A stretch of 64,000 nt of DNA, taken from assembly GCA_051530055.1 (NCBI GenBank), contig CM121342.1:5827489-5891488 (forward strand), given 5' to 3'. The notes below the pieces were generated by a model. The model saw only the letters and a list, made by a program, of their open reading frames with translations. It was not told where the DNA came from and made no database searches. A program made the position numbers and the translations under genes. Source of the DNA: Neoechinorhynchus agilis. Taxonomy: Eukaryota; Animalia; Acanthocephala. Within the stretch, counting starts at the first letter, position 1. The number at the start of each line of letters is the position of its first letter. This document shows positions 1 to 11,256 of the stretch, piece by piece.

Positions 1-416
1 AACTCGATGAACTTCAAACTAAATTAAACGACCTTCTCCGAGATTATGAAAGATCACACAAACGATCTACAACAATTCCACAAAACGAAATCACGAAGAT
101 TAATGCGTTATTTGAGCAATATATCCAATCAATGCCTCGTCTTGTTGACTTTTCCTCGTCGTCGTTAGAAAATCTTTTATCTGTAAGACTTAATAGTGTC
201 CAGGAAAGTTTTTTGGAGTCCACGAAAACAATAGAACGCTTAAATAAGACTTACAGTTCATTGTTTAATGAATCAAATGACGGGTGGGGTGTAAGGATTC
301 AACAACCCTCCGATTTATCAACCTCAGCTCTAACTGAAAAATTGTATTCAAAGGAACATGAACGGTGGATGGCATTCCTAGAGTGTTCGGTTTCTCCGTA
401 TTTGTATTTGATGTAA
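1..416 (+). CDS. 3' end of an unidentified protein-coding gene entering from outside the window
   Basis: Frame is open from base 3 to the stop at 414-416 (LDELQTKLNDLLRDYE...PYLYLM); no family recognised. Confidence 0.4.
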   Translation, partial: LDELQTKLNDLLRDYERSHKRSTTIPQNEITKINALFEQYIQSMPRLVDFSSSSLENLLSVRLNSVQESFLESTKTIERLNKTYSSLFNESNDGWGVRIQQPSDLSTSALTEKLYSKEHERWMAFLECSVSPYLYLM

Positions 417-592
417 AGGTGTTTAATGTGAAATCTTCTTAAATTGGACCATTTCAATCTCTTCCTCATTTTTTTTTGAAAACTAAAATTGAACCAGTAT
501 TCTTTATTTTGATCATTTTATCTCATTTAATAAAAATCGTCAAGAGAAAATACTTCGGCGTTTTCAAATTTCGAGTTTTCATTTAATAGGTA

Positions 593-1676
593 ATGTTTTC
601 CAAAAGCGCGTCTAAATTAAAGGAAAAAGAAGTGGGAACACGAACGCGTTTTAAAGATGCGGCATTATGATCACAACCGAAACTCAAATCTCTCAGTTGA
701 ACATCTTTACGGTCAACTCCGGGAAGCTTTAAGGAACAAACAAATGTGATTCCATTTGGAATCAAAGATGAAGACCCATTTGTTTCTCAAAAGTCAATAC
801 TCGCGTTTCCATTAAACCGATTACTATTGGAATGTGAATTTACTTCCTATATTTCAGAGTCAAGTGCGATTGCATTTGTTTGGAAAAATCGATGTGTTCA
901 GCGATTCTATGAGAATCATGGAACGGTAATTCAAAAAGGAGATTCTGTTGAAATTATCGATATCGATCGTAGTTTGGTTATGTTGCTTCGGCACAAAGAC
1001 ACTGAGCTTATTCTCAATACTTTATTGGAACGTGAAGATCGAGGACTTTTGAAATTCCATTCCGTCTTCACTATGACCCATAAAATTAACCAAAAAAAGC
1101 AATACTTCTACACCGATATTCTGGCTCTTCGATGCTGTGAAAAGCATCATGGACGAGTTGTTATTATCTCTCCCATTAGTTGCTCAACACAAAATGTGAA
1201 CGTTTATGATGTTGATAGAGCACTTCATTTATCGGTCGATATAGACGATCTATATGTTTTTGTTGATTCCGCCATTGCTATGGAACCGCCTTTAACTGCT
1301 TTATGTTGTCTTTTCGAAGCTTTTATTGCAATTTGGCCTCATTTCGAATGCTCGGATGATCTCGTGGGTTTTCTGAAAGGCTTTATTGAACACGAAAATG
1401 CGAAGATATCAACGAAAGCTATTAAAAGAAGTTTAATAAGAGAATCGTGTCATGTTATTGATTTGTACGATCAGTCATCGAAATCGACTGTTAAACAGAC
1501 ATTTATGATCTGCACTGGCATTCAGATATTTCGTGAGAAATTCGGTTTGTTCTCAGGGTACAGCGTTTTTGCATTTCGATTTTGTTCACAAATCAACGTT
1601 TCTTCACCCTCTTTTTTTTAGCCCACGATGCTCATCTCGTAAAAAAGTGAAATTCCAGTTTTTGAATAGCCCCTGA
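593..1676 (+). CDS. Extended-Tudor domain protein 1 (gene model uncertain)
   Basis: HHGRVVII...VNVYDVDRA...V..DDL......A.EPPLTALCCL follows the eTudor pattern (R-A-x-I...V-x-F/Y-V-D-Y-G...L...P-x-x-A-x-x-C-x-L). Model: ATG 593, candidate TA-TA segment 668-709, GT-AG intron 1558-1621, stop 1674-1676 (326 codons). Confidence 0.5.
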
Positions 1677-1779
1677 TGAGTTGCTGTCGATTTTGATTGG
1701 CTGAGTCTGTTAAAAAGGCGATATGCCATTGACCATTTCTTAAGAATCTTCCGAAACTCACGGTGTAAACGATGAAGCA

Positions 1780-3205
1780 ATGTCGCACATCAGATCCTCG
1801 GTTGCCTTGAATGATCAGAACCGGAAAAAACAAGCGATTCACATAACTCACGTTCACTCGCCGACATGGATATGTTTTCAGTCTTCTTTAAAAATGAATC
1901 ACATTTGGGCAGAATGCGAGCAAATGTATGCAATGTTCCGCTCAAACCGCCTAAAACGAACTGAACCTCGACTCGATAAGCGTCTCTATATCTTACCACT
2001 CACTGACATCACTCAATCAACACTAATGCATCGGATTATCGTAATGGCAATAATTGGCGATTGTCTCGTTGTTTACTATGTAGACCGAGGCATTTTTGGA
2101 ATCGCTGATGCTAAATCGGTTTACGTGTGTCCAGCAACAATCGCTAAGCATCCATGGTCTCTAAGAGCATTTGGAATCAGCCCATATAATTTAAAAAGTG
2201 CAAATAATGAACAGTTTGATATTGGCGACGAGTTAGAAGGTCGCGATTTTGAATTGCATTATGAGCCCGACGACAAAGATTACAAAGTCTACGACGGAAC
2301 TAATCGTTGTTTTATTGACTTCTATGACCATGATTCAATGGAGATTGGTTATAGTCGATTTAGTAGGCAGCATCGTAAGATCGGCGATTTCGTTTTGACT
2401 CATTTAAGAAACTATCCGGGTTTCCGATTCAAACGCCGTAATCCTTTGGTTTGCAAAATCACTCGAATAATCGAGGAAAGCGATCAGTTCGAACTTTTGC
2501 TTCTGGAAAGTATGAGGGTTCAAAGTACTTTTGTGGCTGTGGGCAAACACGAAGTATTTGATCGAATGGTTGGAAAGGAAGCTAGTTTACGAGACATATT
2601 TGTACCTTTAGGGACGTATCGTGTAGGGCAGAACTGTGCCATGTGGATCTTCTTCAAGGCACTCTTTTGCAATAAAAATAGTGAAGATTGATGACGATGA
2701 TGGGCAGGAGGATCTTGTCAGTTTCGTTGCTCATTCCGAGATGGACGTAATTCTGTTCCGTGTTATCAGTTTGCGATTGGCCCGTCAAATCGATGTTGTC
2801 ACAAGTTCAAAAATAGACCACCATCTTAATCCGTGTCCGACTTCTTTGCTAGCAGCGAATCTATACGAAAATGGACCGCTTATCCGATGCAGGATTATCG
2901 AGAGAAACGATAAAATGAGCAAAGTCTCTATTATTGACATGAACCACGAAGCTGATGTAAATGAATGCCATAGCTCCCCATTGTGGTCTTCTATGGTACC
3001 CATCTCGTTGGGGTCATTTTGTGATAGAATTGAGCCTTTGGCTAGAAGATGCTTTATAAAACGTAAAGATGCTGCAATATCTAAAGAACTTCTAAGACTA
3101 AAACTTGTGGACGATTGGGTCACTATTAAGGTACTCGCTATGGACGTAAACCTTAAAGGTGATTTAGAATATGAGGTTGTGCTCGAAAACAATGAGTTGA
3201 TGTGA
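1780..3205 (+). CDS. Tandem extended-Tudor domain protein 2 (TDRD-like, piRNA-pathway type)
   Basis: Two eTudor-like units: RIIVMAIIGDCLVVYYVDRG...HPWS and LIRCRIIE...VSIIDMN...VPISLGSFCDRIEP. ORFs 1780-2691 and 2636-3205 join in frame (459 codons) after removing 2626-2674. Confidence 0.65.
2624..2674 (+). other. TA-flanked hairpin intervening sequence (49 nt removed)
   Basis: TA at 2624-25 and 2673-74; arms GCAGAACTGTGCC / GGCACTCTTTTGC; the join gives YRV-KIVKIDDDD and fixes the frameshift. Confidence 0.75.
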
Positions 3206-3819
3206 CTGTTTAAAAGAAAAGCGTGATTCTTGTGATTTAGTATCCTTGGATTTGGATCAAAATTGCGAAGGAACAAAGAAATTGCTATTTCACTGCAGTT
3301 GAGATAGAAAAATGCTTCACTCGGAATTGAGCTCCCACTTTGATGTCGCCTACGACTTTTACTGAAATCAGCGGTTCCAAAGATTCGAGTAAATTGCATC
3401 ACCGTTCTCAGATGGATCAATCAATTCATAGAGAATTTCTAAAATTGATTTTAATATGCCTGGATTTTGCTCGTATGGAACGTGAGAAATAAGGTTTTCA
3501 ACGAGATGGCATTCTTTGAAAAGATCCCGAAAGATTGAAATGTTCATTAGAAACGTTAACAATAGACGCGTTTGGTCCCGAATTACAAGACATTTCAAAT
3601 CGAGAAATGAAGACTTGTAATAACACGTTTATTGAAAATACAAAGAAAGTTTTAGGAGGACCCGTGTACCTTTGGGTCCTCCTCCGTTAATGTGGGAATA
3701 TGCAGTGGAGGGGTGTCCGTTAGGATGGGAATATCCGGTCGGAGGGAGTAGAAGGAATTTCGTTCGGGTGGGGATGTGTCCGTTCGATTGAGAATATCCG
3801 GTTGGGTTGGAAGGTCCGT

Positions 3820-5130
3820 TCTGGTGGGAATTGGTGTCTATTGCTTGCAGGAGCGCTTGTAAGGTCGATCTTTCCTCAGAATCATTTCAGGTTATGATAT
3901 CCGAGCGAAGGTTGGTCTTTCCTCAGAATCATTTCAGGTTATGATATCCGAGCGAAGGTTGGTCTTTCCTCAGAATCATTTCAGGTTATGATATCCGAGC
4001 GAAGGTTGGTCTTTCCTCAGAATCATTTCAGGTTATGATATCCGAGCGAAGGTTGGTCTTTCCTCAGAATCATTTCAGGTTATGATATCCGAGCGAAGGT
4101 TGGTCTTTCATCAGAATCATTTCAGGTTATGATATCCGAGCGAAGGTTGGTCTTTCCTCAGAATCATTTCAGGTTATGATATCCGAGCGAAGGTTGGTCT
4201 TTCCTCAGAATCATTTCAGGTTATGATATCCGAGCGAAGGTTGGTCTTTCCTCAGAATCATTTCAGGTTATGATATCCGAGCGAAGGTTGGTCTTTCATC
4301 AGAATCATTTCAGGTTATGATATCCGAGCGAAGGTTGGTCTTTCATCAGGTTCATTTCAAGTTATGATATCCGAACGAAGGTTGGTCTTTCCTCAGAATC
4401 ATTTCAGGTTATGATATCCGAGCGAAGGTTGGTCTTTCCTCAGAATCATTTCAGGTTACGATATCCGAGCGAAGGTTGGTCTTTCCTCAGAATCATTTCA
4501 GGTTATGATATCCGAGCGAAGGTTGGTCTTTCCTCAGAATCATTTCAGGTTATGATATCCGAGAGAAGGTTGAACAGCATGGAGAAAGGAGCGTAGATAT
4601 AGTGAGGTCATGGGAGGATGAAACGAATTAGGATTATGAGTGTTGTGCTCGTATATAAACACGTTTTATTAATTTAAGAAAAGAACGATCCATACACTTG
4701 CCAGCATCTATCTTTGCTTAAAGGTGTCTGAATGACGGATGTTGAAGGCAAGGGAGGTGGGACTTGTTTTTGAAGGAGTTTTAATGTGCGATCGAAGGCT
4801 TTGTAAAGGAGATGACCGATTGGGAGTCTTTACTTGTTCTCCGGTTATTAAGGAAATATTGGACTTGGGGGAGTTAAGGAACGGGAATAAAATGTGGTAG
4901 AAATTATGGTTCAAGGGTTGATAGGCGTTTTGATTGTTTTATGAACATAGCATCAATGCATTCGGTGAGAGGGGGAATGTAAGTTGTGCAAATTTTAGAT
5001 GCTCTTTTGTGAAGTGACGCTTTATGCGACGAACTATGCAATCTTTTTCGTTTCGAGTGCTTTGGACCGTTTGTTGAACACTTTATTGATCTTCAAAACA
5101 AAAATTCGGGCGTTTAAATTTGTAGATATT
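3820..5130 (-). pseudogene. Degraded member of an unidentified gene/repeat family (paralog at 20690-21390)
   Basis: The minus strand shares blocks with 20690-21390 (HKRASKICT vs RKRASKICT; THNPNSFH; LYxRSFxHA). It is interrupted by stops and by the 47-bp array. Confidence 0.45.
3869..4572. repeat. 47-bp minisatellite, about 15 copies
   Basis: Unit TCTTTCCTCAGAATCATTTCAGGTTATGATATCCGAGCGAAGGTTGG with starts at 3869, 3916 and so on; a variant copy lies near 4340-4385. Confidence 0.97.
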
Positions 5131-5530
5131 ACTTTATTGTGTGGAAGAGAAAAATATACGAAAATTATTGATGTTTTCGTAAGTGAATAACGAGGACTTT
5201 GTGCTTTTCGTCTATTTGTTGATTTAGCAGCCTCATTTCACCAAAGTATTGATTCTTAAGGGCGAAACGTTCAAAATTCATACGCAAAAAACGATGAATT
5301 GTGAGCTCCGGTGGATATTCTTGGATTTATGATAAAGGGCTTTTGTTTCTATATTAATGAAGTTCTTTGAGAGTAAAGAATGCATTCGTGACGGAGTCAC
5401 AGCCCAGAAAATCATTTCCTTTATTTTTCGATGATTGAATGAAAAATTTTCCTGACGATATTTAAGAAATTAAGAATGTTAATCGATTGCTTGACGTATT
5501 TGACACGATCAAAGATTCGTGCATCAATAA

Positions 5531-8500
5531 GCAAATGGGAATTTGCGCTTCGCCGTCACGATGCCACCACCGCCGTCCCCTCGCTTCGCTCGGGGACGGC
5601 CCACGCAAGGTGACGAATTAGCGACTACCCCGAAGTCACCGCCCAAAGCCAAGCAGTCAGACGATGGATCTAGCGACGGATTAGATTCACCTCCCAGTAC
5701 TATACCTCCAAGAAGGCTCAGGACGATCTCAGCATCGGATAGGTTTTGCAGAAATTCCAAACTACATCACAATGTGTTCAAATCGCCTACAATCGACGCT
5801 GGTGACGCAGATAATTTGAACGAGCTACTTATCGATCACGTGTAATCTGAGAAGACCAACGCTGCCGGGCTCCCACGCGTCTCTACTGGTTTGTGTCCGG
5901 TTTGCGGTAAGTTTTTTTTTAAATTAACAAATATGGGGGTTTTGTTTGTCCATGGTCCCCGAGATCTCCGCTGTAGTGGGTCTGGTTCTCCACCACAATT
6001 AACCGAACCGTTCGTGCCTGAGACCCCTCAGATCACCACTGATTCTATTTCGATACCTGATATCGTGCGGTTTCTGCCCAGGAACGTCCTGAAACGGATC
6101 CCCAAAGGCGCGCGATATCTGGTCGCCAAAGCATTTACGGGATTGCTCAATGATTGCCTGCAAACGAACTGTGCGCCTTCATGGACACGGCTCTTCGCTT
6201 TCCCGCGCTTAGTCCTCTGCACCAGCGGTGATTCTGGGGTGTCTTTGACATCAACAATCAAGGAAAGGTTAGATTCCTTTGAACAAATATTTAAAAATTT
6301 TGAAAGGAATCTCCGCGAGGTTTCTAAGGGACGCACGAAGGAAGAGTATCGCTGCCGTTTTTCAAAGCGATCACTGACTGAGCGTGTCTCTTCGAAGCTT
6401 GCGGACGGGGATGTTCGGGGGGCTGTTCGGTTATTGTCATCCTCCGACAGTTTCGCAAAAGGAGACAGCGAGACGCTACAAATACTCCGGTCGAAGCACC
6501 CATGTAGTAGCGGAAGCTTTGAAATTCCATCTCCTCCCATTCAGGACAGGACGCCCACTCAAATTTCAGAGATGAAAAAGGCCATCTCAACTTTTGCAAA
6601 TGGTTCGGGTCACGGGCTTGACGGACTAAGGCCTCAGCACTTAAAGGACATGATGTCCTTTTCAACTGGTGAAGCAGCTCTCTCTCTAGAAAGTGCGCTT
6701 TCTCGAATAGTCGACCGCCTGACTGGAGAGGACCTGAACCCCGTTGCAAAAGACCTATTTTTCGGAGCATCATTATGTGCTCTTACAAAAAAAGAAGGTG
6801 GGATTCGTCCCATCGCCGTATCTTCGACGATACGCCGACTTGCAGGAAAAATTCTCTGCAAACGTATTACAGAGAAAACCGGGCAGCAACTTCGTCCAGT
6901 CCAACTGGGCTGCTGCACATCCTGCGGGGCGGAAGCTATCGTCCACTCGCTCCGAAACTTTGCTACGAGTAGCTCAGCGCCGTGCGTGATTCTTAAGTGC
7001 GATTTTCGGAACGCCTTTAACTCTCTTAATAGAGAAAGCATGTTCCGCGCAATTAGGGATCACGCACCAGAAGCCTTCCAGTATTTTCTCAATGCCTACG
7101 GGACGGCGATTCCTTTGCTTTTCGAAGACCACCTCATTTGGTCCGAAAGAGGAGTGCAGCAAGGAGATCCCCTCGGTCCAATCGGATTCTCCCTAACAGT
7201 AAACCCAATAGCGCATTCTCTCCATTCCAGCTTCAACGCTTGGTACTTGGATGACGCTACGCTCGGAGGTAATCCCTCCGTTGTACTGCGCGATTTGGAG
7301 ACGCTGATTAGGGAGACCTCGAAGATGGGCATTGAGCTTAATGCTGGAAAATGTGAGCTCCTTGTACTGAATATTGGAGACGCCGCTAAAGTCAAAGAAC
7401 TAATGGCTGGGTTCGAGGCCGTAGCTCCAGGTCTGAAACTCGTGACTCGGGAACAACTCAGCTTCTTGGGCAGTTGTGTCTTCGATTCAAATGTGGAAGA
7501 TGAGATCGGCCATATCATACCGAAACTTTCGTTGCTGTGCGATAGGGTGTGCGCTCTCTCGGCTCATGAAGCCTTGTTTCTCATAAAGAACGCGCTCTTC
7601 ATCCCCAAATTATTGTGCAAGGTTCGCACAGCAACATTTTTCAAACACAAAAAAGGATTGGCAAAGCTCGACGACAAGGTGAGGGCTTGTCTCGAGCGTA
7701 TTTTAAATGTTCAGCTCTCAGATGAGGCGTGGCGACAAGCTTCTTTGCCTGTGTCGTCTGGGGGATTGGGAATTCGGGCGCTAGTCGACCTTGCTTTGCC
7801 GGCCTTTCTTGGATCGTTTGAGGGGAGCCTACCAGTCTCGAAGAACATTTTGAAAGAAAAGTTTTGTCTTGACCGGGATTTCGTGGTGGCGGTTGAGGAA
7901 TGGTGCCAGCATACAGGCGCTAACCATGTCCCAGTGAATGGCCTCAGACAGTCGATCTGGGACAGCCCTCTCGTCGCGAGAGCTCACAGCTCTCTACTTT
8001 CCGGTTCTCGCGATGGGGTCGTCCGAGCTAGACTGTTGGCAGTTTCGACACGAGAATCTGGGGCGTGGTTAGAGGCTGTTCCTCTGGCATCCGTGGGAAC
8101 TCTTCTTACTGACGAGGTAACGAGGATCACAGTGTCCTTAAGACTTGGTCTTGGGTCGACACGGTCTCGTTTGCCGAAAGTCAGGAGAAAGGTTTTCACG
8201 CCATTCTGAAATCAATAACGTAATTTCTCGGGCGTTGAGAACGGCGAACTTCCCGAACATCCTGGAACCCGCCCACCTCTGCAGACTAGACGGCCGTAGG
8301 CCCGATGGAATTTCGGTCTTTCCGTGGCGGGAGGGCAAATGCCTTCTCTGGGACGCCACGTGTGTGGACACCCTCGCAGCCAGCAACATCCCCTACTCCC
8401 TCGAAATCGCCGGTGGTGCCGCCAGTGCAGCGGAAGGGAGGAAGGTACGAAAATATATGCAGCTATCGAGGGCTCACTATTTTGTCCCCTTTGGGGTAGA

Positions 8501-8752
8501 GACGTATGGAGCGCTCGGCAGCTCGGCACTCTCTCTGCTCAAGGATCTCTCGAAGAAATTGAGAGAAGCAACCGGAGACTCAAGAGCAGGCTTATTTCTT
8601 CGACAAAATATCTCGCTGGCAGTACAACGGGGCAATGCTGCCAGCGTGATGGCGACGGTCGAGGAAGGACAAAAGCTGGAATTTGGTGGGAGGTGGTGAA
8701 TGTAAAGAAAAGTAACCAAATAGAAAAACTCTAAAAGTTGTATTTGATTGTT
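5531..8752 (+). mobile_element. Near-full-length CRE-clade non-LTR retrotransposon (RT + restriction-like endonuclease)
   Basis: N-terminal CPVCG...HGP...C zinc motif; RT motifs GGIRPIAV, DFRNAFNS, GVQQGDPLGP, WYLDD; RLE motifs RHSEINNVI, RPDG, WDAT, FVPFGVETYG, QRGNA. Ends are approximate; ATCAATAA occurs at both 5523-5530 and 8753-8760 (weak possible TSD). Confidence 0.92.
5561..8699 (+). pseudogene. Disrupted single ORF of the CRE element
   Basis: In-frame TAA at 5843-5845, and a frameshift/deletion near 8145-8155 between SLRLG and LGRHGLVC. Confidence 0.8.
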
Positions 8753-8853
8753 ATCAATAACAAAAAGGCATCGAAACGGACAATCACCAATTAATCAAAC
8801 GCATTGCTTCAAAGACGTCAACAGAATCTAAGTTCTTGAGATACCTTTTTCCT

Positions 8854-9357
8854 CCTAAAGCTCAAAAATCACGAATCAATTTATGAGGACGCATTTAGAT
8901 CTCAATTCCATTGAAATGGCGCTTAGATTTTAATAATTCATTTCCGATTTGAGTCTAAACTATGAAAACGAGAACACAACCAACGAAATGTTTCAATGAA
9001 AAAAAAGATTCGGACTGAATTACTGAAATGTTGGCGGTTTTCCTAAAGCTCAAAAATCACGAATCAATTTATGAGGACGCATTTAGATCTCAATTCCATT
9101 GAAATGGCGCTTAGATTTAAATAATTCATTTCCGATTTGAGTCTAAACTGTGAAAACGAGAACACAACCAACGAAATGTTTCAATGAAAAAAAAGATTCG
9201 GACTGAATTACTGAAATGTTGGCGGTTTTCCTAAAGCTCAAAAATCACGAATCAATTCATGAGGACGCATTTAGATCTCAATTCCATTGAAATGGCGCTT
9301 AGATTTAAATAATTCATTTCCGATTTGAGTCTAAACTGTGAAAACGAGAACACAACC
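8854..9357. repeat. About 188-bp tandem repeat, about 2.7 copies
   Basis: CCTAAAGCTCAAAAATC starts at 8854, 9043 and 9230. Confidence 0.95.
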
Positions 9358-9408
9358 TGGGTTTTTTCGTCTTAAAACTCAAAAAACCCATGATTTAATA
9401 TTTTTTCA

Positions 9409-10048
9409 TTACATATTCTTAAGAGTCAAGCAATACTTGGCGGTTTTTTCGTACCAAAGATAGAAGGGCATTGCAGAACTCAGTGCAGCCAAAAGAGCAT
9501 AAATCACCAATTGAAATGAATGATTGCCGAATTGTCTTTTATATTCGACGAGCGGCATCGAATATATGAAGCCTGGCGATGAAGACAGGATTGTCTGTGA
9601 ACAAAAGATAGCAAAAACGAGAACCATCGGGAAAAAAGTGTCGAATACCTTTTCAGTTTCACGTTCAAAATAAGACAGAACACACGAACTAGCATTCAAG
9701 TATCCGGCTAATCTTGGTCTCACAATCGCTACGACGCTCACATTATCGTATCTGTTTTGTTGAAGGATTAAGAAAAAAAATTTTCTTTTGATTAACTTAC
9801 GATTCGATGGACTTCCATTGACCAAAGGGATTTGACACGAGATCAAAATCGGATTTGGGATACGATAGGAGATCGTCGAATCGAACGTCAGTGATCGGAT
9901 TTGGGCCTCGGTTGTACACGCCATACTTCACGGATAAATCGATTCCAATCGATGTTTGTTTGGTCAACAGAGATTTTGTGAAGAAAACATGTTCGCCGAT
10001 CACCGATGACGTCACTACGCCCAGAAACGAGACCACAAAAGCGAACAT
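9409..10048 (-). CDS. SSR2: Translocon-associated protein beta (TRAP-beta)
   Basis: Signal peptide, KSLL...DLSVKYGVYNRG, VRPRLAGYLN, C-terminal TM ending PFYLWY. Two GT-AG introns of 49 nt (9752-9800) and 54 nt; 179 codons after splicing. Confidence 0.88.
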
Positions 10049-10926
10049 TCGGCTAATGATGAGCGTTCGCAACGGTGAAACGGCGTTTTCTCCAACACGG
10101 AAGAACAGTTTTCGAATTTGTTTTTCTTTAATCTAAACGAGCCACCATTAGAAGATTCAATTGGCGACATGCGACAAAATATCTCGTTTGCAGTACAACG
10201 AATAGCGTTAGCCGAGGAAGGAGAAAAGCTAAGATTTTGCGGGCACGTTTTGTGCTTTATTATTGTAAAACTGCAAGAAATTAAATCGACGGGTGGTTTA
10301 TCCGAAGGTTCATAGGAATTTTGAGAGTACCCAAAATGGGAAAATTAGATCGAAATTGACCAAACCGTTTGATCTAAAGGTTTTGTGATTTTGTTTAAAT
10401 TATGGTTAGTTTATAAAAAAAATTTAAAGAGAAAATGATGGGTAAAATTAAAAAGTTTAAATGACGATTTCTACTAAAAATTCCTTTTCCTTGTGTAAAT
10501 TTGTAGAGACGGAATTCTATTGGCTGGAGTAAAATACAGTTGACCAATAAACATCGAAAGTCAAAATCTAAAATCAATTAGTTTTTCAAATTAATATAAT
10601 CCATTTAATGTTCACAATCTTAATCGTCTTCGTGGGTTAGTGATGTGCCTTTATAGATTCTTTCCTTTAGTTTCAGCAATATCTGATTAATTTTTTTAAA
10701 GTTCACATTTTTATAGACTAACTATTTTTAATCTAAAAAACATTCATTAAAAAAAGAGAATTTTCGAATTCTACTGTGTTATTCTATCAATCTTTTTCTA
10801 ATTCCTTTTTTGTCTTTATTTGAGTAACGTGTTTTTTGGGAATACATTTTGTTCTCTTAGTGTTTCTTTTAATTTCCATGACAATAAAAGCTCAACAAAA
10901 CCCAAGAATCACTCACGTTCGTTTTT

Positions 10927-11256
10927 ATGTTAAAAAGTTTAGCCGTCTTATTTATACTGTCAAGAGTAGTTTCTTTGCCTTTAAATAGACAAATTGGAGA
11001 TTCGTATAATCGTTTTCACGTTGATGAATGTGAAAGGAAATGTTCTATGGATGTAAAGTGCAGAGGCTTTGATTTTTTTATTTCGACAGGGCAGTGTAAA
11101 ATGAGAAATGGTGATGTGGCGAATAATAATAGCGACGAAGTGACTTTTGGAACAACAACTACAAATGGTACTCAAAATGGCCGATTTCTTCAACTAATTC
11201 CGGAATTAGAGGCATTGGCTGACTTATTGCGACAGCAATATAGCACATTCGCTTGA
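10927..11256 (+). CDS. Small secreted protein with PAN/Apple-like cysteine motif
   Basis: Hydrophobic N-terminus; CERKC...CRGFDF...GQC pattern. Confidence 0.5.
   Translation: MLKSLAVLFILSRVVSLPLNRQIGDSYNRFHVDECERKCSMDVKCRGFDFFISTGQCKMRNGDVANNNSDEVTFGTTTTNGTQNGRFLQLIPELEALADLLRQQYSTFA

Noticed and set aside
3869-4572. CRISPR-like array
   Set aside because: Units are contiguous 47-mers with no unique spacers, there are no cas genes, and the context is eukaryotic.
6028-8734. Overlapping alternative-frame and antisense ORFs within the retrotransposon
   Set aside because: These are expected shadows of a GC-richer coding region and show no recognisable motifs.
9358-9390. Rho-independent-terminator-like hairpin (TGGGTTTTTT/AAAAAACCCA)
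   Set aside because: It is a short AT-rich stem in eukaryotic DNA with no supporting context.
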